Positions 14,003-27,720 of a stretch of DNA of 64,000 nucleotides are shown here, in pieces; position 1 is the first letter of the stretch; the number at the start of each line of letters is the position of its first letter. The stretch comes from Balanoglossus misakiensis (lineage: Eukaryota; Animalia; Hemichordata). The notes under the pieces were generated by a model. The model did not search any database and was not told the origin of the DNA. It saw nothing but the letters and a program-made list of their open reading frames with translations. The stretch spans positions 10,353,099-10,417,098 of the forward strand of contig CM082581.2 in assembly GCA_040954595.2 (NCBI GenBank), written 5' to 3'. A program made the translations under genes and the position numbers.

Positions 14003-15717
14003 AGTGGTCAACCCTAGTCTCACCAATGCTACGCTGAGACCAAAGCTGTTGAAATCAATGCTTTGCATCCCTGAGCATGTATTTGTAGGAGACTGCACAG
14101 AGAGAGAAAAAATCATCTATCTTGTAAAATTCCTTTCATTTACACTGCCTTGTCACAAAACCTAACAATGCGTTTGCTGTATAACAATTGAAAAGCAAAT
14201 GTTGACCACTTGAATCGAGCAGACCACCGGAGAGTTAATTGTTTCAGTGTCGTATAAAACATTGACATTATCACATGAATGCACAGATTATACAAGAAGG
14301 CTTTCAAATGTAATGGAAATCGGCAGTTCAAGTTTAAATGTTTATGTGTAGTTTGCAGTCACTCGACCACCAACCTTTCAAGACCTTTGTGAAGATGTCA
14401 AACATATAAGTTTATTGGTATGGCCAAATCGGCAGGTGTTTTCTGTGACAGTGCCCCATGTTTTGAAAACCATGTGGAAAATTATATTCAGTGATAGTGC
14501 ATATGGTTCAGAAATGCAAAATAGGTCTGGAAATGTGGAAAAAAAATCAACTTAAATTTTTTTTTGTTTCGTTTTTTACTTTGGGAAGTATTCACAAATG
14601 TAATACTGTACTGTCCAATTTCTTCTAGTTCAATTCTGTAACTTGCCAGTGCTATTAAGGTGATCCTCTCATTGAAACTTTCAGAGGCATTTGGATATAA
14701 ACGCCGCGATCTTTCTTCACAGTTAGGGCAGATGTCAATCAACGCAGGCCAGGGGGGAAAAATAAACATTTAGAACTTTCGACGAATATCTTGATAATTC
14801 CATGTGTTTCCTATCCAATCCGCAGGACTCGTCACCCAGTCTAGTACGTGAGATATCCTTAATCAGCCCAGGACTACACCCAGCCATGAAAGGAGAAATT
14901 TACCTATGCAAGCATGCGGTCACCATGGTAACGGTTAGAAGACAAAGTGGTGGGCCTGACAGTCTGCACTCACATAAAGATAAGTGCTGAACTCTGGGGT
15001 CAGACAACCCATGCTGAAATTATTGGTTTTGCTGAAATAAACCGCTCATTGACTTTGCCTAGTGATAGATCTGCCAAGTTAAGTTTTCTGCTAGATTTTG
15101 CACGCCTTGGCGGTAGATTCCCACACTGCTACGCGATTAGTCACCAGGGAAACCAATCACGGCCCTGCCCAATTTGGTTCTGTTTTAAACGGCCATCTGC
15201 TTGTATCCCGAGGAAAAAGAAGTCCCTCGGGGGAAAAGGAACCGTATTCGTACTCGTAGCTAGATGCGAAACTGCATCTAATTAATCGATCATGATGGGA
15301 ATAAATTAACCACAAATAGCCATTAACCATTCTAATAGGCGCGCTTTACCGCAATCTTCTGATACAAAGTAACAATTTTGTAACATTATAGCCAAGATTG
15401 TTTTTTATTCAAGAGGGTAAGTACGTAGTGACATCAGATCGGGACATTTTATTGATGTCGATTAGTGATACTTCGTTTATAATGAATGGGCAGAACCAAA
15501 TATAGCCGGCATCGGATTTATTTCGCATCAGAACAACGATGTTCTCCCTGGTAACCCGCTTTTAAAAACAGTTTATGTGTGAAAGAGTTGTTGGTGCATT
15601 CAGACAAAACTGGGGAAAATGGTACAGGGGGGTTAGCCAGGAAAAGTCTAAATGCCCGTCATAGGCTACCATTGAATGGGGTTATAGAACGAAGCACGTT
15701 CGGTAAATTAAACTTAC

Positions 15718-17541
15718 AGTCTGTATAACTGCGGCGTATTAGCGAACAGCAGCTCTGGTAGGATCTGTAGCTTGTTGTTGTTCAGACGGCTGTAAAAAGT
15801 AAAGGGGGAAAAACACGCGTGTTAAAAATTTTGCCAAAATTAACCCGAGATCTTAGGTTACATGAAAATCTGACCAAACCCCTAAATAGATCAAAATTCC
15901 TATAGGCAGCGCTACGACAAGCGCTGAACACGTGTTTCTTTTTATTAGTCGCAGTTCATTGCGTTGCTTTATGTTCAGCTCTGCCCTCTCTCGCATTCGA
16001 CAGACGCCCCATACAGAATTAAAACCATCGCCCAGGGGTTGGAGCGTCTATTATGAAAGGATTTTACCCCTGTTGTTTTCAGACAAGCATGGAAATGTAA
16101 TTATAATTACCGGGGCTGTAATTAAATTGCGCTCGCATATGAAAAGGTGGAAGTGGCGAATTTCACACCTTTTTGGGCGTGCGGTGGGGTACATGTCAGT
16201 CCGAATCTAATGAAGTCGGCTGTGGTCACGGTGACAGACGCCATGTCAAGCCCACTGAGAGTTGCCGATTTTTATGCTTCATTAGCCACGCATAACAGCG
16301 AGGATGTCTGAACGCCCTAATTTGCACCAGTACTAATGAAGGTATACCGATTTGGAGAATGCTGCGTTGAGCAAATACAAAATTTGTAGGGCTCTCTAGA
16401 AAAGTCCACACTCTGAGGGTCGTCTGCTAGCTATCGTGCTGGGCATCGTTAGGCAAACATGCTTGCAGCATCACCTAGTATCCATCTTCGATATCGCGGA
16501 GAATAAATTCAAGATGCACCCGCAGTAAGTCTCCGTAATCTTGGATGGAATTTTAATGCACTTGTGTAAACGTTCGAATGTGGAGCCTTGTGTACTCGTA
16601 AAAAAACGGTCGTGCAAATGATGGCGGGCGTGGGGTGATGGCCTAGGAATTTACTGGGTACTTACAGTCGCTCCAGAGACACGAGGTCGTTGAAGGAGCC
16701 TCTCTCAATCGCTTCCAGTTGGTTGTTCATCAACTGCCTGTGTTGTGGCGCCCGGTTATTTGCAGGGAATCGCACAGAAATGAAAGCAAACGAAAAGAAA
16801 CACGAGTTAGGAATGCCTGGTTAATGTTTCATTTCGAAAAGTATGCAAACTTTATATTTTAAAAAGTTCGATAACAGATAAACGCAACACGACTTTTTAA
16901 ACACTGAAGGAAATGTCATTTGTACATTAAAAAAAAAAAAATACTTACAAAACTCGGAGCCCCCTCAATCCACTCAGGTCGCGTCGCAAAATCTTTGTCA
17001 AGTTGTTTCCTTGGAGATCGCTAATTGAAAGAAAGTAGAAAAAAAACATATATGTGAAATTCCGAATCCTGTCATTTTCCATCAAGACGCGGCTAATATT
17101 TGTTTTTGTTGCCCGGAATACGCGAATACCTGTCGTGTTTTAGAAAGAACCGTATTGCAGTGTTGAGAGAGTGGGCATTATGGTGAGCGGTTGTTTTATA
17201 AATCTTGACTTTCGCGAAAAGTACTGCATTTGTATATAAAAAAAATATACGCGCGTGTCTACCAGTAATGGGAATAAGCTTACATTGCAACGTTTCGTTT
17301 TCGGTGTCGATTAGAGTTTGTAGGCGAAAAAAATCCTCGTCGTATGAAAAATGCAATGTTTGGATCGTACTTACATTCTCTCCGTTGTCTTGGGTATGTT
17401 GCCGGGTACAAAATTCAATCCCCGTCGACTACAGTCCACAGTACTCCCATAGCAAGTACACACATCTGGACAACCAGCGGTGAGCTCAATGCCGACAAGC
17501 AAGATATAAATCACAATCGCGTTGGACTTGAACAAAGTCAT
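15718..17541 (-). CDS. SLIT: Slit (secreted LRR axon-guidance ligand), 5' partial: coding exons 1-4
   Basis: Not in the ORF track; found by reading the minus strand. Exon 1 17541-17375 (MTLFKSNAIVIYILLVGIELTAG|CPDVCTCYGSTVDCSRRGLNFVPGNIPKTTER = signal peptide + LRRNT). Three 72-bp phase-2 LRR exons with GT-AG ends follow: 17020-16949 (IDLQGNNLTKILRRDLSGLRGLRVL), 16737-16666 (QLMNNQLEAIERGSFNDLVSLERL), 15789-15718 (RLNNNKLQILPELLFANTPQLYRL). These closely parallel the vertebrate SLIT N-terminal LRR domain. Confidence 0.95.
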
Positions 17542-20500
17542 CGTCAGTTGAAAAAAAAAAGTACGTTCGAGTTTGCTATATTTGTCAAATAAAGCAAGTT
17601 TCCTGTCCGTGTTCGACGGCTAAAAAAAGAAATCCGAAGTCTTATACAAGACGTTCCTTTGGCGCGCAGTACACAATGTTGACAAGCGACGAGTGTGTAT
17701 GTCAAGCCTCTCTCGGTTTCAAAAGTTTTGACTGTGTGAGCGCAGTCAACGGTAAACGCTACCGGTAGTGTGGTCAGTCAACTTTTGATAAAAATCCGTC
17801 CAGCCTCCTGAAAATAAACACAAATTAAACGAAACCGGTAAAAAAATCCTCGTTACATGGTCCTGCGTCGGAGAAACGAAGAATACAGAGCGTAGCCCCA
17901 CTGTTGATAACTGTGTTACAACTCTCGTGTGTAGAAGCAACTGTGTGTGCAACGGCGGCTACGCAGCAAGTGGTCCAAACTCGGCTATTGACTGAAACGT
18001 ACTCAAGTACACGGGGGGTTTTGTCCTTTGCTCCAAATGGCGTGCGCTGTCACAAACCCGGCCTATCAATCAGTCAGTCAGTCAGCAAAATAAACCGCCC
18101 CCAAATTTGCAGATGCTATCAGCAGCGAAAGCGGACCAATGTTATCAGACTTTTATCTTAGTTTACATAAAGCGTCATAACGGGGCATAGGAGGATTTCC
18201 TTGACGACCTTATTAACTATGGAAATCCGAATCGAATTAAAATGACGTCACGTCAGCGAGGAATTTGCTTCAAAGTCCCGTTGCAGGAATATTCCGGTCG
18301 CATCGTCATGTCCGTTTAATGTCTTCTAATTGGGGGGTTAATGATGAGCCCCCGTAAAAAAAGTGGATGGGCGATTTACAAAAGCTCCCAAATTAATGTA
18401 ATAGCGTGAAGATATCTTTGTGAGAAAAGCTTACGTCTTGCTTTTAAGATGCGTTGAAGATGCATTGCCAAGTCATCTATACAGCATACGTGCCTTATTT
18501 TAAAGCTCCAGCATTTAACTGCAATATCGTCAATGGCTCGTTCACAACAACAATAATCACATCAAGTTTATTCTTCTTTTGGCCTGCCTTTGGATTTGGT
18601 TTTCTTCAACTTTTCAAATATTTGGACCATCTCAGCAATAAATACCGGGAATCTATGATTTGAAATTACCGAGTAAGTAAAGCTAATTAGCCCGGTCACA
18701 ACTACCTCATTAGAGACACAAAGCATCTTTCAAAGGTGTTTAGAGACAAGCAGGTTGGGGGCCAGCCTTCAATCTCACACAGAATGGCAGGGGATTAAAA
18801 TTTTACTTCTGCCACTTTTCATTGGTTTGTCTGCAAAAAGCCGGACCCCCCTTTCCCCCAAAGTCTCGGCGAGTCGAGCCGACCGCAGTAATAATTGCAC
18901 CCATCTATACCTTACGCGCCTACCTATAGCCGTCCAACAAAAGGGGCCGGGATAATTTCTGGCGACCGGCGATGGTCCACAATGGAGGAAGCCATGAATA
19001 CCGGCGCCAGACCTACCCTATTAACGCTGATGCATCCCCTATGCAACCTATCCAACCAGATCCCATCATTACATCGTTCGTCTTTGACTTTCTCGGCGTT
19101 AATGACTCGTCGGGTTGGTCCGCACAATGCCCAACCTCGCAAAGTCAATTTTCCAATGGCAGGTATAAAATGCCGATAGTCCCCCCCCCCCATATGTACA
19201 AGCAAAGGGTACAGTGGATTCACCCTTCATCGCAACACATTAAAGGAGAGGGGGGCTTCGGTGGAACAAACAACCGATGGATTGAGATAAACAGATAAGA
19301 AGAGTAGATCTGATGGCCTGGGAAATTGAAGCAAATGACCAAAAGAGAGAAAATTACTCTAAAAGACATGTCTTTGAAATTCTTTCCAGGCGCGTTGACT
19401 CTCCTATAATCCTATGATTACTTCGGCTGCTTTCTGATGATCAGACGTCTCCAGTCCGGTATTATATTGATTTGTTTTCACGTCAGAGAGAAGGGTTTTG
19501 GTAATTAGGGGATTTTCTCTGGCCCCTCACTTCTTTCGTGACTTGCACGTTGTTCCAAAGATGAAAAAGGCCGACATGTAGTGAAGTGAAGTATAGCATA
19601 TTCCAGCACTAGAAGGCTGGTATATACTACAAGTTTGAAATCACTGAAAATGAAGTTTAATGAATTTAATATCAACTGGCTGGTTTGTGTCTCGAATGAT
19701 CTTCGTTAAACCATTTTCCACTTTAAAGTAGAAGATCGCAGCTGTTCGCGTTATCAATTATTTTAAATATTCCGTTTAAGACAGAAGATGACCGCGTATG
19801 TACAGTACACCTGGTTTGTCGCTTCGTACGCTGGATCGTCGGGTGATCCAATGCGTTTCTGTCAAGGCCAACGGAATATGACAGGATGCACCGTGCTATG
19901 ATCAATCTGTGAAAAAATCTAAAATTTTGACAAATGTCATGCTCAAATTGTGGCATGGTGATCTTGAGATAACTGTCTTGTTTGCGCAATGCCGTGACGA
20001 ATAATTGGTGTACGGAATCGATTTGCCATTTTGCGTCCCATTTGCTTGGCATTTCTGAATACAAAACCGATATCTATCCACTTAAATGGGCCGTCAGAGT
20101 CTGAACACAGAGCGAGTTCGCACCTCCCACACTACAACAACAAATTTCATTAAAAATTCATCCGTTTAGTAATAAGTATGAAGTATTGGACAAAAGATGG
20201 TCATTATCACCAGTATTGACCGGCAGAAACTGTGGCACAAAACAGTGTATCGATCATGGTGACGGGGCCATTTAGGTATTGCTTTGTTGTTGCACGGTTT
20301 CACAAATAAGAATATTTACAAGATCTAATTAGTTTGTGGGAATGTTTCATTACTACCCCCTGTCGTTTTGGCATACAGATTAGCCTTGCAAATGCATATT
20401 ACGGTCCCGCAAACGCTATCACACGGGGGCGCTATATAGCTCTCCGTTTATTTTTCTACCGGGATGAACTTTTCTGAATCTGGCAAACTGAAACTGCTTT

Positions 20501-20735
20501 GCACATTGAAACAACTGTATGTATTTTGGTTTTCCACGACTAATTGAATGCAAAATGTACAAGACTTGAACAATTTTTGTCACTTTTGTGTCAAACTCAA
20601 AAATCATTTACGTGCTAAAAATCTCTGTGCAAACATGCAATGTTTCCTCATTGTATAATTGTATAATTATAATATTCCTCAAATACGAACTTGGGTTCAA
20701 CAAACACGACAGTGATGATCTCGCACAAGTGTGAC

Positions 20736-20834
20736 TGGCCAATCGGGACCAAGTGTAATACAGTAGTTGATCCAGTAAAGCGCCCTCAGTCGCTCGCCGT
20801 GGCGGGAGTTTTCAATTTGTGACCAAAATGGCGT
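20736..20834 (+). promoter_or_regulatory. HAUS8 proximal promoter: CCAAT box, E2F-like GGCGGGA, YY1-like start context
   Basis: ggccaatc at ~20737, GGCGGGAG at 20801-20808, and caaaATGGCG around the start codon. This combination is typical of cell-cycle gene promoters (inference). Confidence 0.45.
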
Positions 20835-23800
20835 CGAAGAGGTCACTGTACAAGCCTGCTCCGGTGGAAAATGTCGGTGAAAGGCAGGCCAGGTAAGTAT
20901 TATAAGAAATACAAAGGATGTCAGTTAATGATAAAGATGCGGTTAGACACATGCGATGAAATTACCGCCAAAAGCTCGTCAAAACGAAACTTTGTTGAAA
21001 AGTTTTCAAATGTTGACGTGCTTTCTGGGTTCGTGTTTTGACATGTGTCACTCCGTGTGCATTGCAGTTCACCAACTTACAACAGCAGAGCTTGTTAATT
21101 TCTTTTCAAAACATCAATATTTAAATTCTCTCCTTGTTCTTAATACCTTCAAGGAACAGGATTTTTATTGCTGCCAGGTTATTAAAAACAAAATGACTTC
21201 TGTATACAGTGCCTTCCTGTAAGGTTGTGTTGCTATGCATATAATGCAGGGTCATATACATGTACACAATGTACAATAATACATGTATGCCATTGAGGAT
21301 ATTTGGGTGACATTTCAGTTTACATGCATGATCAGATGATGTAGTATAACTTCCCCAGATAACATATGTATAGACTACATCACTTAATAAGCACCATCTT
21401 TTTAAAATAACACTAACACTATACTGCAATACATTGCCAGTGAAGATATAACATGTTTACTTATTTACACGTTTTCAATAGGAGACCACTGTCGCAAGGG
21501 AAACTGACCACCAAGCCAACCTTACCTGACACACTCACTGTGTATGCATCACCTACATTTCTTGCACGATCTGCCTCAAATGGAGGTATGTGCCATATGG
21601 GGACATTCACTTGTTTCCACATATTTACCAAAACAGTAGATATTGAGAATACCACACTAGTTGGTTTGGCAGGGTTATCCAGAATTTACTGCGGAAGTGA
21701 GTATTGCTAGTATTGAAAAAACTGACCTTGTATACTATGTACAAATAATTTTTATTTATACCATTACTGTAGCAGGGGATGTAAATGTGACGATATCTCA
21801 TGGTCCAGTTGATGAGCTGTCTTTCTCGCCAAGACAAAGTCTGGGTGGACGGAGCAAAGCCAGAGCTGGATGGTCAGAAGACCCAGCAGCAAGTCCACGT
21901 TCCAAGTAAGTATACAGAAAACTAAGACCAAAATGCCAAATTTGATGGCTTTTCCCAGTACCCTATAATTTCATACATTTTGTACATTTAATGGATTTCC
22001 TGGGCAGAATTTGAAAACCACAATTGTGATAAGTATACACGTACATGTCTTACAGAATACCTGCCACAAGTTATATAGATCCAACATGTGTAGACGATAT
22101 GATACGATCCCCATCACGACCACAACCAGAGAAAGCCCTAGAGTTATCAGATTCTGATGAGGAAATGACTCTGAGGAGACGGGTGCGTATTCAGAGAGTT
22201 AACCCTTTCACCACCATTGTTCAGTCCAAACCCATTGTTTTATGAACTATAAGGTGGCTTCCGCAAATAATGCAAAATGTTCCACCTCTTTCCTTACCCA
22301 AACGTTGCACGTCGTTGTCAATGTCATACTTGCATCTAAATCATGGATTGATTTTGTTCTGACCACACAGTCCCCAGTGAAACATGTGAGCTACGACAGC
22401 CCAGCGTCAGTGCAGCTCATAGATGCCAGTGGCGGAAGGAGAGACTTAAACACATCAGAGGTTCAAATCAAGACGGACATGATTGAGAGTCCAGCTAAAG
22501 TGGTCTGTCATTCACTAGCTGTTGTGGAAAGTGATCTTAGGTATAATGCTATTCTCCATTAGAAATGGTGTGAGTTGTATTGCAACCACAGCAGCTGATA
22601 ATATACAAGCACCTCTGTTAATGTTTCTGTGCGCATGGATATACTGTAGTATGTGCCGGTAGATTTCAGTAATGTATGAGTGTAATAATACCAGCTTTAA
22701 AAGAACTTACCTAGCCTTATGTCTGATTACCAAAAGCACATTGAAGAATTTTTATCATTGTCTCTTCTCTGTCTCCACACAGAAATACCGGCTACACTCA
22801 GCAAAGTGCCAAGGTCAAGATGGACACACCGCAGTCTTTCAGTCTCCTTGGTGACGAGGATTTCACGGAAGCGACGCAGAAGGAGGTCAGGAAAGAGAAA
22901 CCTGCACTGGTTGTCAGAGAAAAAGGTGTTTCAGGTACAGTCGGTCTGCCAACTTTTGGCTGCGAATCCGTGCGAGTTTTCTTCAGTAGCATGCGAGTCG
23001 AGCACAAGCCAGTCAGTGCTTTTGCCCAAGTAATTATTGACGTGTAACATTCTCCGTTCATATGGATAACACTGCAGCTCTCACACTAATTACTGTCCAT
23101 CTTTCGTTCGTCAAGTTGCAAAAGCTGACACCAGCAGAAAACCTGTCCTAAGAGAAACCAACAGCCAGGCACTAACAATGGAAGGAATATCACAGTTACC
23201 AGACGACCTCTTGGATGATCTGCTCAGCAATAAAGATGAAAATGTACCAGAGTCTGCTAATTCAACGTTATCAAGGTAAAAACTGGAGCCTGTATGTCTG
23301 ATTTGCATTTGTGTGTTGTTAAGTGAATGAATTTCATTTCTAAGACATTTAATTGTGATAATGATTACTAGGTAGTCCAAGTTTTATCTAATTAGAGATG
23401 TAATTGCACTGATTACATGCTAAATTTGATTTTGGTAGATTTGAGTTTTTCTGAAAATATGGCCTTGAGCTGGCCTCCATTTACATCATTACATTCTCAA
23501 TATCTGCCAGTTATTGATTTTTTGAGCGATGTCCCTTTCATTCATGGTTTCAATGTTTGTAGTATCAGAGACAATACTGGGGATAGCAAAGAGGTGGTTA
23601 AGAAGAAGAAAAAGTCTAAAGGTGAGTGGAATTTCTGGTTGTATTTGCAAAAGTCTTCTTTTCCTTCAAAAGACTGAAACCTCAATGTCAGGACAAATTA
23701 AATAAAACCCCAGGTTTACAGATGCTTAATGTGGGTTATTTATCAAATCGAATAATCAGTATTTCAATTTCCTCTCAGGACGAGTGGTGCAATCACGGTA

Positions 23801-26279
23801 CATGCAGAGTTTACAGAGCGCATTACCATCTAAGCATAATGTCACGATGGCAGGAAGAAGTCTCGATACCACAATTTATAGCAAGGTACTGGTATATATC
23901 TGTGATACAGCAAGCCTGAATGCCTTCAATATTTTTCAATCTTTTAATTATAATAAATAAATATTCACTGTTGTAACATCCAAGGTCAAGTAAACTGAAA
24001 TCTTTATTATTCATGAATTTTCATCACTTTATCACGACTTCAGAATTATACTGAGGAAAGCTGCATGGAAGTTAATTTTGAACACCTTAATATTTCAGTC
24101 CAACACAACACTGAAAGCCCCCAGAACATCACAGAAAAGGAGTGGCGGGCCTCGACTACACGGACATAGGGGAACACCCTCAGATATAATAACACCAGTG
24201 ACCAGTCACTACGGAACAAAGTCTGCTCAACAAAAACGAATTATCACTACATCAACACCTGCAGGTTCATTTACCTCAGCGCATACACCGGCTATGCCAA
24301 GATTTACCATGGGTAAGTGTGTTTCTGTATTTAAGGTAGGGGACTACCTTACCCAGATGCAGTACATGGTCATCATATTATAATATCTGTAGAATAAATT
24401 TTAAGTAAATAATAAAGTAAATCCCTAGAAACTATTGGTACACCCAATACGTGGAAGAAGTAGACAGTGTTAACTGTACTCAATCTCTGTTCTGGTTTGT
24501 AGGAAATGAATCTTCAATAGCAGCGACGTCTGCTGTCAAAGCAAACAGAAGTACCGGTAGAACCAAACCAAAAACAGGTACGAACAAAGATAATTTTCAT
24601 TATGGCTTCAATTTCTGATGCTCTATTTTCTAGAGCATTGTGTTGTAATTACCATCATCCACATCAGACTGAATATCTTCTGTCATTGTTATTTACCACA
24701 GGGGGTTCAAGACCAGTGTCTGCACTACCAACACCTGATCTGCCCCAAATCTCAGAAACAGCTTTAGCAGAAATGACTGCAGCTCTAGACGTAGAGGTAA
24801 GCACAGTGTGATCATGTTCAATGCAACGACGTTGACAGAACTCCATCTCTGTTAATACAACCGAGTGACCTGTTACTGTCTTCTTTTGCGTTTAGGTACC
24901 TGATGACGAGATCACACAAGACTGGCTGGATGTCTTATATGCCAGATATATACAGTGGGTTTTCGTGGCATCTAAGGTAATGACCTCTGACCTTAATTTA
25001 CATAAAATAAGACTACTATACAATGGAATAAGTCTTCTCAGGGGATGGGGGTGTTGCTTTTTGCTTTCTTCTGTATGGCCACAACTTTTACATAATTATT
25101 TTTGTCTTATTTCCAGATGAAAAAAGTGAGACAAGATCAGGAAAAAGAGGCTTCAGTAAGACCAATGTTTAACTTTAAAATGTCATGATCAAGAACAACT
25201 TTTCTCTATAATGAAAATATTGATCCCAAAATAATAATTACAGAGTAGTGATCGATTGACCTGATTGTACATCTTAAATAATATTTTGTTTTGTTTTGCA
25301 GTCACAGATGTACTGGTTATGGAATGAGAATGATAAATTACGTCAGAGGAAAGCTGAATTAGAATTGGAGTGTGCACAGCTTGAGCATTCCAATAATTTG
25401 GATCAACAGTTAGAATTACAGGTAAACCAAATCATTTTCCCCTATAAGAAGTTTAAAATTGCCATACTCTCAATTTTCAAATGAGTAGTTTCCCAAAGTC
25501 AAACTAGTTCATTCATAATTTGCAATTTTCAAAATTGCAAATCATGATAAGGGATTGGATCTTCCTGCAGGATTTATACCAATAAAAAAAACGATGCTTT
25601 ACTCTTCTTTTCTTTAAATTTAGAAATACGGTCTAGGCCCAGTGGTGGCTGGCTTGGAACAACTAAAACAAGAACACAACACATTGGCACAGGCAGTCGA
25701 CACCACTAGACACCATGTACCCATGCAGGGCATTCATATACCACCAAATGAGAGAGATTATTTAGGTAAGCATCAGTTTGTATCCAAATGAATTTCCTCT
25801 TTGATTTTGTTTGATTTTCATTTTATGTCCTCATGCACTGCATTTTTCTTTTCCAGAACAAATGAGATCTGCTTTGCAAGAAACAGAGCAGTTACTGGGA
25901 GAGATAAGCGTACTAACCAGAGAAAAACAACCTAAAGCAACTGAACTGGCAAAATCCATGCAGATCTTGAGTAATGCCACGGAGAATGAATGTTTGGAAC
26001 TTGATAAGTAAGTTCTGAGACCAGTGTGTTTTCACCACTTCTTTGTATGTGTGTATTCAGACAGTCCAATCACTGTCTTCAAGAAGTCGTCTTTTTAATA
26101 CCATATACACTATTATCAACAATGATTAGACTGCATTCATTATGTATGACTTTCTATATCTCCACAGGTTGAATGAAGTCCTAGGAGCTGTGAAATCCCT
26201 GACTACTCAGGAAACATCTCTTAAGATACAACAGATAAACAGGAGTGACCAGCTGATGGAACCAACTCCTGAATTGTAA
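20828..26279 (+). CDS. HAUS8: HAUS augmin-like complex subunit 8 (Hice1/QWRF family), 18 exons, ~700 aa
   Basis: Frame-consistent GT-AG exons: 20828-20892, 21482-21585, 21776-21905, 22056-22182, 22371-22540, 22783-22934, 23116-23275, 23563-23621, 23779-23885, 24099-24312, 24503-24577, 24702-24796, 24896-24976, 25117-25155, 25302-25421, 25624-25765, 25857-26007, 26168-26279. Motifs KKKKKSKGRVVQSRYMQ (cf. HAUS8 GRVIESRYLQ) and the coiled-coil segment LAQAVDTTRHHVPMQGIHI (cf. HAUS8 FATALDTTRHELPVRSIHL). Confidence 0.85.
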
Positions 26280-27145
26280 AATAACCTTGATGCGGCCCAT
26301 CAGAGACCTGGCTGTTGTCTTCAACACATCCTTACAGTAGTTGCATATATGGGCCGGAGTATTGTAAATGGACTTGGCTTGAAACCTCTGAGAATACCAG
26401 CTGAAGAATCCAGCTTCTGTATTATAGCTATATTACATATATATGACTAAGAAACTGACTGCCTCTATCAAATGTTTTGATAACAATTCTGTTTTCTACA
26501 AGATATTTTTGATACAGTTGTCCTTTGAAATTTATTTCCAGATTCAAGTTCAGAAAAGCACAACTGATCTTTATCAGTTTAGCTTGCCTCTTTGTCTTCC
26601 AGTTTAAATTGTTTGGTGTTTAAATGATTTAGAGTATTAAAGTATGAATTGAACTTCAATATCTTCATCTTACCACTGTGAATACAAAGGTGGAAGTACA
26701 TCGTACATATATGTTCACCAGTGCATGACATGAGCTTTGAGGGCGTTATTTACAGACATCATCACTCAACATCTGTTCCAAGGAAAATGGTGTATGCAGC
26801 TGATCATGAAAACATTAGAAGGATCTATGAAAAACTAGAGAAGAAAACTACAAGCTGTGATGGTATGTTTTCTTTATTTATTTTGCCACTGCTCACGGTA
26901 ATAACTTGCATCTCTAAACAACATCACAATCATAACAATGCTGGAAATTCGAAATACATTATTTTACAAAATGGAAATTCTTTCATCATTCACACATACA
27001 CAGGTTCTGGCATGTTTCCTGTGCTTTTCTATTCAAGTGTAAAAATCTAGACATGAAAATCCAGAAACCCTGCTATACCTAAATTGTTCATGGCATATGT
27101 TCACTTGGTGACAAAAATATGGGAGACTATAGTATCAATAGGATA

Positions 27146-27275
27146 CAGTCGAACATGTGTTTAAGTGACCACCTTGTTACAGTCTCTATGCAATTAACAT
27201 GTGCATTAGTTGACCTGTCTATAAGGGCCAGTTTAGGAAAGTCCCTTGACTGGCCACTATAGACAGGTTTGACTG
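27146..27275. mobile_element. 130-bp Tc1/mariner (pogo/Tigger-like) MITE
   Basis: TA|CAGTCGAACATGTGTTTAAGTGACCA ... TGGCCACTATAGACAGGTTTGACTG|TA: imperfect ~25-bp TIRs starting CAGTC and a TA target-site duplication. Confidence 0.8.
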
Positions 27276-27616
27276 TACTTTGTTTTGTGACCAGTAATGT
27301 ATTTACGGTATGATGTGTGTGATATTAAGTTTTTAAAGTTGACGTGATAATGATATGAAGTGTGCGACCGATTATGGGGAAATGCCCTTGTTTAACTTTT
27401 TCAAAATGTATACAAATACAGATTGAGCCAAAAGTAAGAGCTGGTGGACATTTGAAAACAAGTCAGAACTGCAGCATAAAAATGGATTACATATCAGTAA
27501 AACTTAATATCTGTATTTGTTCGTAGAATGGAATTGTAGAAAATGTTGATATGAAATGGATGTGAATTCAGTGTTTTAGAGTCATAAATGTCTGCTTATT
27601 ACATACTGATAGGCAT

Positions 27617-27720
27617 GTGTTCATCATGTGATGACATCATGAAGGTTTGTGTTCATCATTTGATGACATCATGAAAGTTTGTGTTCATGTGCTGACATCA
27701 TGAAAGATTTAGTTCACATG
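27617..27720. repeat. ~32-bp minisatellite, ~3 copies
   Basis: gtgttcatcat(g/t)tgatgacatcatgaa(g/a)gttt repeated, third copy degenerate; lies between the converging HAUS8 and NHLRC2 3' ends. Confidence 0.85.

Larger units (their letters stand above)
1..15717 (-). other. Slit intron 4 (at least 15.7 kb, continues beyond window start)
   Basis: GTAAGT donor immediately after exon 4. No 72-bp LRR exon resembling the expected next repeat was found by eye in 1-15717, and the ORFs there are short with no recognisable motifs. Confidence 0.7.

Noticed and set aside
335-15285. Short 60-125 aa ORFs in the Slit intron
   Set aside because: No domains, mostly non-ATG starts, and composition expected of random AT-rich DNA.
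22199-22260. TTAACCCTTTCACCACC... possible piggyBac-like MITE end in a HAUS8 intron
   Set aside because: Only one terminus is visible, with no matching GGGTTAA end nearby, so an element cannot be delimited.
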